DNA of 64,000 nt from Catajapyx aquilonaris (Eukaryota), in assembly GCA_000934665.2 (NCBI GenBank), contig KZ538144.1:1-64000 (forward strand), given 5' to 3'. The notes under the pieces are model-generated. The model was given only the letters and a program-made list of their open reading frames with translations. It was not told the origin of the DNA and did no database searches. This document shows, in pieces, positions 26,818 through 37,161 of this stretch. Made by a program: the position numbers and the translations under genes. Every line of letters starts with the position of its first letter. Position 1 is the first letter of the stretch.

Positions 26818-28265
26818 GTGTAACTATACCCACATATTTAATTCCCGCCTAGACGTAAACTATGCGGAAATTTTCTCTCTCCCCACGCAATAACGCGGAA
26901 TCCACTGCCATAATTCACACACTTTATTCTACCCTCCAAAATGGACACGGCCCTCGGAAGAAAACGGCAATATATTCGCCGGAAACCTTGCACTCGTTTC
27001 TCATCCCCGGCCTCTTGATGACACTTGAGAATTTCCACGCCGCAATAAATATTCTAATGCGATTTACCCCCAGCTACAGTTGTGCATTTCCTGCATCTCT
27101 CAACAAGATTTTTGGATTCCTATTTCGCCCGTTTTCCGTTCCCCCCCCCCTCCCCCCCGCACCCAAGCCGGGGGGGGGGGAAATNNNNNNNNNNNNNNNN
27201 NNNNNNNNNNNNNNNNNNNNNNNNNNNNNNNNNNNNNNNNNNNNNNNNNNNNNNNNNNNNNNNNNNNNGTCGCCATTAGGTCGCAATCTTGGTGAGTGGT
27301 GACAGGGGCAAAATTAATTTCAATCTCGCCTGACAAGAGCCACTAAAGCATTCCTATTTGGACGCTCCCCTCCTCGGCCCCTCATTTCTTTCAAGCACGC
27401 ACAAAGAATCTCAAAGACTTAATTAGAACAAAGTTGTGTCCCTCCTTCTTGAAGAGGAGGATTTTTTGGCCCACTCTTCAGAGGGTGGGAGGGGGAAATA
27501 TATGGGCCACTTTTATCGATCATCCCCCCGAAATTTCACCCTGGGGGCTTTTTCATTTCTTTCCAATCCCTGCTTCTAACCCTCAGCTAAGTAAAATCCA
27601 ATTTATCAAGTCCAGGTGCAATTTTTCTTCCGGTTTTTTTTTTTTCTTTCTTCTCTCCCGTTCGACGCATTTGATCACATTACGTTGCTATTGACGTGAG
27701 AAATTTCGCACGTGCAACACCTCCCACTTTCCCTCCTCTAATTACAGTAATTAGCCAGTTTCCCTGAACAAAAATGGCTTGAACCATTTGTCTCGCCAAA
27801 TTAGCTGCATGTCTCGCTTTCGATGTGGTGGAAATTGAAAGATTTTTAAAAAAAAACAAACTAGTAAAGACAATTGGCAGGAAGTGAGTCACAAGGTATG
27901 TTACGCTAGGAGTGCGCTGTAGCGAAGTGAAGAGTGAAAGTAATTGCGGGACAACTAAGGATGCTCGCGACTTTGGCACATATGTTGGAGCACCTCTGAT
28001 CATACAATAGTCAAATCCGTGGCTTTGTAAGAGGGGCAGGTCGCATCCTGGAATTTATGCTCTGCTTCTGATGCGTGACAGGAATGCATGTGGATTTGCA
28101 AACAGTGCGTTGCAAGTCATACCTGTTTACAGGTGGCCTCAAAAACATGGAATAATGTAACTTGCTGGCTACTCTTACCTGAGTAAACTTCCTCACTAGG
28201 CAGGTCTTCCCCACTCCTGCGTTGCCCACCAAGACCACTTTGAAGAGGAATTTGTAGTCTTCCAT
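12143..28265 (-). CDS. Rab30: Ras-related small GTPase Rab30 (204 aa, 4 coding exons)
   Basis: Exons 28265-28179, 20520-20253, 17852-17701, 12250-12143, all GT-AG and in phase. [21 protein letters not shown], the Rab30-typical [43 protein letters not shown] and a C-terminal CC prenylation motif (CCGRFT). Confidence 0.96.
13020..13580 (+). mobile_element. tRNA-derived SINE related to family A, with a nested insertion
   Basis: A box GTGGCCGAGATAG, B box GGTTC|GGTCCC split by the insert; 17-bp TSD aaatact(a/g)atatctcca at 13003-13019 and 13581-13597. Confidence 0.8.
13081..13277 (-). mobile_element. 5'-truncated non-LTR retroelement 3' end
   Basis: 10-bp TSD TCCTGGGTTC (13071-13080, 13278-13287); on the minus strand a stem-loop (CCTCCCTAT...ATAGGGAGG), AATAAA and an (ATTG)n tail. 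Confidence 0.75.
14350..14600. mobile_element. mariner-like MITE
   Basis: ~33-bp TIRs TGAGGGGTGTGGGGGAAAAACATGATAACTGACA / TGTCAGTTATCATGTTTTTCCCCCACAGCCCTCA. Confidence 0.8.
15585..15840 (+). mobile_element. SINE family A, degraded copy
   Basis: B box GGTTCGATCCC and family A core (CCCCTTCATCT, CTCTGGCTT, GGGAGTTCACAAAATGACC); the 3' end is cut by a TACAGGGTG-type element. Confidence 0.75.
16557..16811. mobile_element. mariner-like MITE
   Basis: TIRs TATGAGGGGGTGAAAATAAAAAACCGACAGCTCC / GGAGCTGTCGGTTTTTGATTTTCACCCCCCTCATA. Confidence 0.8.
17099..17210. mobile_element. Palindromic (hairpin) MITE
   Basis: ~55-bp inverted arms centred on 17154, with few mismatches. Confidence 0.8.
18280..19200 (+). 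mobile_element. Degenerate hAT-like transposon with transposase C-terminal relic
   Basis: 18488-18595 translates as [32 protein letters not shown], a hAT dimerisation-like ERSFS motif with an in-frame stop. Repeated GCCTATT/CCTAAA subterminal motifs lie at both ends. Interrupted by the Tigger MITE. Confidence 0.7.
18651..19073. mobile_element. Tigger/pogo MITE (MER46C/Tigger4-like)
   Basis: TA TSD; TIRs CAGTTGAGACTCCTTCATCCGAAAT / ATTTCGGATAAAGGATTCTCAATTG; AT-rich microsatellite expansion inside. Confidence 0.8.
19267..20198. mobile_element. Non-autonomous TIR element (~930 bp)
   Basis: TIRs TAAGGGAGAGCAGGGTCGGTTGTAACA / TGTTACATCCGACCCCGATCTCCCTTA; internal TGTTACAAC/GTTGTAACA repeats. 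Confidence 0.75.
20819..21716. mobile_element. Non-autonomous TIR element (~900 bp)
   Basis: TIRs GTAGGGGAGACTGG / CCAGTCTCCCCTAC; internal GATGGCACA repeats. Confidence 0.75.
21900..22183 (-). mobile_element. SINE family B (tRNA-Ser(GCT)-like head), full copy
   Basis: A and B boxes, anticodon-like loop GACTGCTAATC, 16-bp TSD aatattgtcaccacta (21884-21899, 22184-22199). Confidence 0.88.
22389..22735 (+). mobile_element. SINE family A, full copy within (AAT)n
   Basis: A box GTGGCGCTGTGG, B box GGTTCGATCCC, conserved core and 3' stem-loop; flanked by (AAT)n. Confidence 0.88.
23000..25800 (+). mobile_element. Heavily degraded CR1/L2-group LINE relic
   Basis: Ordered motif remnants: endonuclease-like TDSNH (~23641), RT-start [12 protein letters not shown] (24350-24385), LEY..WDP-like (~25250) and LKKLG (~25372). 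Many frameshifts and an N-gap. Confidence 0.4.
24500..24672. other. Assembly gap (others at 27185-27268, 30111-30174, 56773-56787)
   Basis: Runs of N. Confidence 1.
26402..26816. repeat. Compound microsatellite (CAT)n/(TAAA)n/(AAT)n/(AGCCTATTATAAT...) with a duplicated 48-bp unit
   Basis: Read directly; the 48-bp unit is at 26466-26513 and 26707-26754. Confidence 0.9.
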
Positions 28266-30073
28266 GGTATCTAGAAGAGATTCACCTGCAAAGTGATTGG
28301 AGAAAGATCTGAATTGCACATGTGCTCTCAGAGGGGCCCAGTCATCCCTAACAACCCAACAGTGGTGATGTGGAACCCATGTGATGCCCACGAGTCATTA
28401 TTGATTTGGACTCCAAATGAATGGGCTTGTGTTCCTTGGGCTGGGCATGAATGTTGGTTGCAAATGTTGGGTCAAATAATGGAAAACTAATATCGTAATG
28501 TAATTAATCAAATTTGTTTCGTGAAACCTTATAATTTTCATGCAATGTATTCCTGTGTCACATTGGAAGTGGGGAAAATAGTGCCCTGAGATCAGAAAAC
28601 ACAGTTCCAAAATGCATTAATTTTTGATTAATATTTGCTGCTATATGATGAAACAATACCATTGCAGTTGCATGTAATTATTAGGACGTTTCGGACCAAT
28701 TTACCTGCAGGCACCAAATAACCAATCTCAGTGCTGCATAATCAAAACTCTGCAATGAACAGAAGAGCTGTGGCACAGGTGAATAATTATCACACCCCTT
28801 AGGAATTGATGACATTTGTTGCCACTTTCTTTTTTCAAAGCAACAAAGTAACAACTATCATGACAAAAATTTCCTGCTAAACCTTCATTCTGCCTCAAAG
28901 ATTCATTGTTAACTAACAAGTAAGCATGATATACTGCGAAACGTACAGTTAGAGAGTAGTCTTATTCATGACGCTTCATAATGACTTGAAACCAATGACA
29001 AATCAACTCATAGAATATCAAGTAGTTTCAATGTAACCATATGCCAAGTTATTACTTCAGAAACAAAGTAAATTAAATTGCTCTTAAATACAAATTAAGG
29101 CAAACCATAATATTGCACAGATTATAACCCACCACAAGAAAGGCAATGAATACTTTCATTTGCATACAGAACACTTTGCATACAGATACACTTTGATGTG
29201 CATTAAAAGTAGGCCTGACAAGCCAAACTGCTCTTACTGGGGCAGTCAGGCCTAAATATTTAATGTGGGATTAGGGATGTAGCACACAAATGACATGCAC
29301 TGCACTTTGGAGGCTCGTCAAATAATTCTGTGGGCTGCATACCAATACGTGTCTCCTCACTGCATTGTGCACAATTAAGCCCTGATTAACTAACAGCATT
29401 CACTTCATTATGCTGCAGTCATTATATGATGGTCAGTCCATATATAGCCCAACTCGTCTCTTCATGTAACACTCATAAAAATAGCTATAGTTCCTCTTCC
29501 GTTGCGACAGGTATATTGTCTGATGCTTTACAGAACTCGTAACACATTTCTAATCAGGTTACTAATTCATTAAACAAAGCATGTAGAAAACAAGCATGAT
29601 GCCTTTTCCAACTAAAAATGATAGCCCTGACTACCTGACACGTTATTTGCTCATCATCGTGTAAGTCATCATAATGACCCATCATTATCCTTTTTTTTGT
29701 AACAAAATAACAATGCTACTTACTAAATTACCAAATATGGTATGATGTGGTCACTGTACTGCACTGACTCATCAAAATTTTGGAACATTTTCCCAGGGCC
29801 ACATTCTTGGTGACCCAAATGAACATTTCCCTATGCTTTTATGGATTTCACAGGTTAAGCAATAATTAAAACTCAGCACCTTGGAAATGGCCACAGGAAA
29901 CATGGATAGTGCCTAATATTTTATTGTTTTGGCATGGCAACTGATAATATTCATTGGGAGGGTGTTCCATTATTGTAGCCATGCTAAAATCATTTTATTT
30001 CCATTCTGGAGAACTCTCTTAACTATTCGCTGAGAAGTTATGCAACTGCAATAATAATAGTAATAATAGTAAC

Positions 30074-30110
<37 letters not shown>

Positions 30111-30198
30111 NNNNNNNNNNNNNNNNNNNNNNNNNNNNNNNNNNNNNNNNNNNNNNNNNNNNNNNNNNNNNNNNAACCCCCCCCCCCCCCCCCCAAAA

Positions 30199-30235
<37 letters not shown>

Positions 30236-30249
30236 AATAAAATAAAATA

Positions 30250-30383
30250 AAAGAGAAAAAAACAAATGGAGAGAACTCACTGAAACGCTTTCCAATGAGA
30301 AAATCCTCTGAGTTCTAGTGATCAAGCATGGGACCTCGGAGGTGGTACGGCATGACTTAAACTGCTACGTCACCCTGCCACCC
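30250..30383 (-). mobile_element. SINE family D, degraded
   Basis: The reverse complement shares its head, ACCTCCGAGGTC and TTTCTCAT-TGGAAAG with 55619-55800. Confidence 0.55.
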
Positions 30384-31464
30384 ATATGTAGCTGTATGTG
30401 TAAGTTATGCTAATTTATAAATGAAATTCCTACTACAACAACTTCATGTGCCGTTCCCTCAGTAAGGCATAAGACAAAATGAATTCTATGAGGCCTGAGT
30501 TTCGAAAAATTCAAATATCAATGCTGTAATAAATTGAGAAAATATATTCATAAACATAATATACCAGTCATTTATTGACTGATTACGAAGTCATACATTG
30601 TGCAGTTAACACAATGACAAATGAAAAATTCACGAGTAGTAACATATTGCCAGTACCATTCTAAAACCCTGTTATAGCAAATCCTACAACAGCCAAAGGC
30701 AGCAGCCCTTAACATGAAACGAGTTCACAATAATCTCCTGGGTGCAGTTCAATATTCAGCCACAGTCCATGTTGCATACAAAATCAAAGTAATGTCGGGA
30801 GAAATGGAAAACCAATGTTGGTCGACGTTGACCCGCAGTGTCATTGCTACCCTGCGTCAATACTCTAATCCTGCCGCAGGATTACGTTATACAGGTCAGT
30901 TCACATTATGCCACATCTGGTAAACAACATTGCAGAGTTCACTATAACTAATAATTGGTCAGATCGTACCAAAATGGAATGGCACCTACACTAGGCAGAA
31001 ATGACTCTTACACCGTATTACTTCTCCCACATGTCACCACGGCAGGACTAATCGCAACCTGCCTCAATGCGACAGGACATCGCCTCCGCCATGGCTATGA
31101 CTTGCAAGCCAACATACAATGAGCATGCACTTGGGTAGACAGTGTACTACACTACAGGTTGGTGCCAAAAAAAAACAACATGCCCCTACACATATTGGTA
31201 GTTCCAATCCCAGCGACAATCCCGTTGTTGGCAGCTGTCCCCACCACCGCCCCACACTTCCATCCTCTGGACGCGAACAACATCCACTCAGTTATCCCTG
31301 GTTATCCTCCAATACAGCCGAGCGTGACAGGAGCCCAAGACACACACGTCTTCTCCCACCCGCAGCCAGACCCAGACTGCTCATGTTCAGCCCAGTCTCT
31401 GACACTATCCATGGTTCCAACCCCTTAGCACGGCCCAGGTGTACCCCACCGACATCAGACTCAC

Positions 31465-31625
31465 CTTGCCATCTGGACGATCATCTCCCGCATTTTTATT
31501 GCCGGGATGTCAACTGAAGGGGATTCATTTCCTAAGGGCAGAGGAGGAGGCAGGCAAGCAAGCAGGCAGACGACGGACGACGGACGGGGTGAAAGACTGG
31601 ATGTGACGTCACTGACCAGTCCGCC
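31465..31625 (-). promoter_or_regulatory. Probable promoter and first non-coding exon of Rab30
   Basis: The Rab30 ATG exon has an acceptor at 28286, so an upstream exon is required. There is a strong donor AAG|GTGAGT at 31465/31464 in a GC-richer patch with a TGACGTCA site (~31604) and a TCAGT Inr-like motif on the minus strand. Confidence 0.45.
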
Positions 31626-32087
31626 ATTGATCCAGGGATTAGTGGCGACCTCTCTTGGGGAAAGTGGAGTAGCTGCTGCACCTTTGAACAGCCCGCCAGA
31701 TTCAAACTGGGCTGGGATTGGAGATCATTTGGACAAAAAAAAAATTAAATCAGTATGATTTTAAGATGAGTTTTTTTTTTTGGCAGGAGCTATATGAACC
31801 TTTTAAATCAATGGGTGTTAATGAACTAGTTGTTTCAGTTTATTTGTGTATTTATTTATTACCCGACAAGGGTTGGATGGGAGCTCAGGTGTTATGTCAC
31901 CAAGATCAGGTTTTTTTTCTGGCAATAATGGCAGATCATTTGTGGGAGTGAAATCAGATGGTATCAGAAATCAATGATGCAGTATATATAATTGTACGAT
32001 ATGATGGGATTTTTCGGAGGTTCACAGAGTACTTGGACTGATAATAGCAGCTGATTCTGGCTTCTTCACAAGCCATCAGCTCGGATC

Positions 32088-32274
32088 AACGGCGTAGCCA
32101 GAAAATTTGTAGGGGGGGGGGGGGTTATGTGAGGGAAGAACGAAGAGGCCCGCCGCATGTGAAATTTTTTAATGCTGTTCAAGCTCACACAAGCTACAAT
32201 ATTTGCGCATGTGCGTTTTAACACCTTAAAATTGCGGATTGGAACTATATTTTNCCCTCCAGGCTTCGTCCCTT
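32088..32274. mobile_element. hAT-like MITE
   Basis: Imperfect termini CAACGGCGTAGCCAG...CAGGCTTCGTCCCTTG with a G-run. Confidence 0.45.
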
Positions 32275-32452
32275 GGGTTGGATGATTCTGATGCATATCA
32301 ACCTATAGGTGCTTTACCTGCGATTAGGAAACATAGTTTCAGATCATCTCAATTAGTTTGAAATTACGTAAATATGAATAACTAATAACTGGAAAATACA
32401 ATTATGTTTGCCATTAAATAATAACTTACATAATTAAAAGCTTACATAGGAC

Positions 32453-32604
32453 CAAGGGGGTAAACACTTCGGTACTCCGGTGTACACCTGCGAGTGGAAC
32501 TCCTTGGTACTCCTTAGGTACCTTATACTCTTTGGTATACTCCGGTGTACTCCTTGAATTTGGTACTCCAGTGTACACTTTTCAGTCGAGTGGTTACCCC
32601 CTTG
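32453..32604. mobile_element. MITE with 8-bp TSD (P- or hAT-like)
   Basis: TIRs CAAGGGGGTAAACACT / AGTGGTTACCCCCTTG; perfect TSD CATAGGAC (32445-32452, 32605-32612); internal GTACTCC repeats. Confidence 0.85.
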
Positions 32605-35600
32605 CATAGGACTGTTCATATGACTTTTTACTATGAAAGATAGTTATTTTGAATCAATTATAAATTAATCTGGTCGCTTTATTGAAAGTGTTGTACAGTA
32701 CAAGTAGGAGTCTATAATAGATATCCGGTGTTGACGCTTAGCAATAATGTTGGAAATATTGTTTCGCTCAAAAGTTGTTGTGAAAAATGAGCAGTGAATC
32801 GTTAAGAAAGTACAGAATATGGCGACGGTCATGATGAGCTTGTGATATTGCAGCCAGAATTTGCAGGAATTTGTTACAACGTGGTCCGCTGTATTTATTA
32901 GTGGAAATTGCTTCTACTACGAGGTAGTATTGCAAACGTGACGTGATATATTATTTTCCTAATGGTTCTGGAATGGCGAAAATACTAGTTTAAAAGTTGC
33001 GATCTTTAGTCCTATTTACAGGTTAACACTGACACAAATCATGTTGAAAGTGTGCAAGAAATTATTATACAGTATTTGCTTACCATTAAAAGGGCATGCG
33101 TTCTACATTTAAAATTACAAAAAATGCATTGTTGAAAATGCATACTACAGTCTTACTTAGGGGCGGTGCCCCCTAAAATGTTTCGCATAAATTTAAAATA
33201 CTAACTAGTGAAGAAGTAACCACTGTTGGCTGCCTTTCATTTTTAAATTGTGATATAATCGTCATCCTTGGTGCATGCAATTGCTGAATATTTCATGAAA
33301 TTTTAAAATTGATGTAGGGCCTACTACACTATACCTGGGTATAATGTATAACTAACAATTTGCTGACTTTCAGGGTAGTTTATAATTATTTGAAATGTTT
33401 AAATGGCAACTTCTCAAGCCGGCTGGATTTTCAAAATTTCAGAATCGATGCGAACAAATGAGGTTAGCATTAAAAACATGTATGCTGAGCAACAATCCTC
33501 TCCGCTAAAAATGGTAGCGGACCATATAGTGAAACCTATCTAGCTCATGTAAAACTACTCCAGCCCTGTAATAATAAGTCACACTAGAGTTAGTCATTAT
33601 TCAGCATTGCATAATATGGCTCTGGTCACTGGTCAGTGCGTGTACCCCATATTGAATCATCATCTCCTCCCTCCAAGCGACCATGTATACTGGACTAATG
33701 CAACAATAACAATATTTTGGTACCACATCGATTTTTAGGTGCTATCATTATGTAGGTGTTTGGCATGCCTGCTTGTTACTGTACCTACAGTATCTGGAAT
33801 AATTCCACATCGGTTTTTAAAGAAACTGCTTTGGAGTATTTCTGAAACTTACATAATTTACAGGTAAATCCACAACTTAATATACAATACTGTAGCAGGA
33901 GTGATTCGTTCCTGATGGTAGGGAGTGTATGTTGAGTAGCTAAACCCATGCCTGCAGAGGTGTCAATGAACTACTTAGTCTACTACATATTTATCCCCTA
34001 TTCATTGTTGGTAACAATGTTAGAAACACTATTAAACATGAATTATCCACTTGTTCTGCATTTACTTTCTGTCGCATTATTATTGCAGCCTGTGTCGTGA
34101 ATAACAAACCAAGGTCCAATATATATATTGTAGGAGCACAAATTAGGGGAAATCTGCGACATGTAAGTTTCATCCAAAAAAATGTCAAAATATAATTTTT
34201 ACAATAATAAGTCTAAAGTCAAATACTAAAATTTCAAAATACAGCTCTAACGGCATAGACGTCAGTAACATTGTGCCAATGATATGTCGGCACCCGCCTA
34301 ACTGGCACAGTATCAGGTACAAAATGTATGTGTTAGCATGTAAGAGAATGAAATAAGACGAAAAGGTAGAGACATAAAATATCATATGATCAAAGGTTCA
34401 TTTTCTATTCGAGAACGAAGCAAAATATTGCCAAGCGCGCTTAGTGTTTTATTGCGTAAGAATTGCCACATAGTTACCGTAGCTCATACGTAATTTCGTA
34501 CCTCTACATTTCCATCTTCACTTGCCTCATTATATATTTCACCGTCAATTCCAATCATATACTAAGAACCTGAGGACAGTCCACTGGCACAATTTCATTG
34601 TCATCTCAGTACCTTCTCTCTGTGAGTGACACGACATATTTCTTCAGTACATTTGCGATTTATTTTTGCGTTGAGAAAATTACCAACCGCAGTTGATGTT
34701 TTGATCTGTACAGACTTCAGGCCTCGTGTTTTGTTGCTGCTTTATTGTTATTAACTGTTGGGTAAATATTGTACAATCAAATAGCTGTTCCAATAAGGAC
34801 AGCATGATACAATCGTACATAACTCAAGGAATAAAATCATAATGAAATAACAATAAATAATATGATATGTAAATTAATTGTTATTATTAGTATAGTACAC
34901 TGCCGGATAGATCGTAACACATTGTAAACTAATCATGCTCATGAGTTGTAATGACTTGCAGATAATTTTCCTTAATGCAATGGATTAATGCGTGACCAGC
35001 ATGCATGGTGTTTGAGAGGCAAATTATTATTGTTCTGCAATTATTGCTTCAGTGCATTTTTACTGCAGGGGTGATCATAAAACTTGCCCTTTACAGATGG
35101 AAGATTTGTATTGTACCGCAGGAAGTTTCACAGACGAGCCATTGAGCAGAGAGAGAGAGAGAGAGATAATTATTTTTACGGAGGTGTGAATTGGTGGAAT
35201 GTAACCAAAATGCCGGAAGTGTGCCCACATGTACGTGATAACCTACATGCTTACAGTATGCCAAGCACATAACCTTACGCAATGTTTTAACTGCGTGCTA
35301 TTAGAACTGAAAAGTATCGAATTTTATTGCGTTATGTTCCAGAGAGTGCAGAACAAAATCCAGGCCATATATTGACCTTTTCAAAAAGATGCTGAGGGTA
35401 TAGAAGCATGTCAATTATCCACTAACTTCTTTTTTTCTAAATTTTCGGACAATAATTTTTTAACTCTGACATTCCTTATAATGTTAAATAAGTGCATTAT
35501 TGTCAGCAAGTGATGCCTGGCACACGACTTTGCCACAGTCATGATGGGAAACGTGATTAATTAATGGGCAATTACGTCATTGCAATGTAGTCTAACATAC

Positions 35601-37161
35601 GTGATAACGTCTTAACGCTTTCGTGGGAATATCAGTTTATAATTTTCGTCATTTATTTGCTTTATCTGTTCTATCTGCTCCTGGCTGATAACATGGCCTT
35701 TCTGTCAACTCCGAAATGTACTGTCACAATTTGTTATAACATGCCGACCACGACTTCCAATAATAGGGTGCTACCGTACCATAGCTGACTCCTAGAAGGC
35801 CAAATGATATAGTTAACCCATTCAATGTTCGCTACCGAGTTTATCTTCACTTAATATCCGTGTACAGACTTTGCGACAAGGCAGATAACACGACATGCAA
35901 GTGTTAAATTGCAACGATCATGGGCGTGATTGATAGCGACGAGGAATATATCACGTATGCATGACTACATACTTGTAATAGAGGTCGAAATAAAAAGCAG
36001 CTAATTCCTGAATAAGAAATTGTACAGGATCAGGAGAAAAACCTGTCATTTGGAAACGGTTGCAAATTGAAAGTACTGATAGGGAAGTTATGTGATGGCA
36101 TTTTTATGCATTTTTAAATGTCAGTTTTGAAAATCGTGGATTGGTAGTTTAGCCACAAATGTAGAGGTCGGTTTGGATATATACAGTAGCTGGTTTTGCT
36201 TGAAAAAGAAAAGTATTTTTTCCACAGAAATTATTTTTAACAATAATATGGAGAGTGTTAAAATGCTGATTCCACCACTCATGAGAGAGTCTCATGTATA
36301 TACTGTATGTTTCATATAGATACGAAAAAAAACTACATTTAAACACATTTAACATTACAGAAAAATTTATCGCATTGGAGCTGGCTTGTTATGTACACAA
36401 ACTTGGAGCTAGCTGCTTTTGCATGAAACAAACTAATTTAATGGCTGGGATTTAGCTCTTTTTGCTTAGGACATCCATATTTGGAGCCACTTTCCATTTC
36501 TATGTGGCTGTGATATACACCATATTTGGGTACTAGGTAGAAGACAACATGATTCCCAATGACACTTCAAACTCATTTTTTCCAACGGTCGGAGATAGCT
36601 GATTTTGCTTGGGAGCTCCTTTGGGACGGCTGTACTGCGTATTTTTTTTTAACTTACGGAAAATGTCAGATTATTCTGAGTTCCTATGCATAATCGGATA
36701 TTTTCCGTAAGTTTACTTTCATACAACCGGGCCATACAGTCGCGTACAGGTAAGTGATTTATTAGTTGAATATATACAACCGGACATATGAAATAGAAAT
36801 CTAATTGGCCGTTACCGTCATCAATATTAATTGACCCAGGAATCAGAAGAAAATGTTGCCGTATCAGCATTAATAATATCAGGCTATTTGTCATTGGAGT
36901 GTGCATTAGTCAAATAAGGAACCCAAACTGGCATGACAAGCCCTGTTTACCCCACTTTTCCATACCCCACCCACTACCCCATTGTAAAGAGTGGTCTCGA
37001 AACGAACGTCACCGAAGCTATCTGTTCAGCAGATAAGCAAGGTACAGCCAAAACTGGGGCTTCACGTTTACTCCTAGTCCATCAGTTGGGAAGGCAACAA
37101 CCTCTACGAGTATCCGGTCAGCTATCTGGGACTTAACCTTTGACCTCTTCAGAGAATCATT

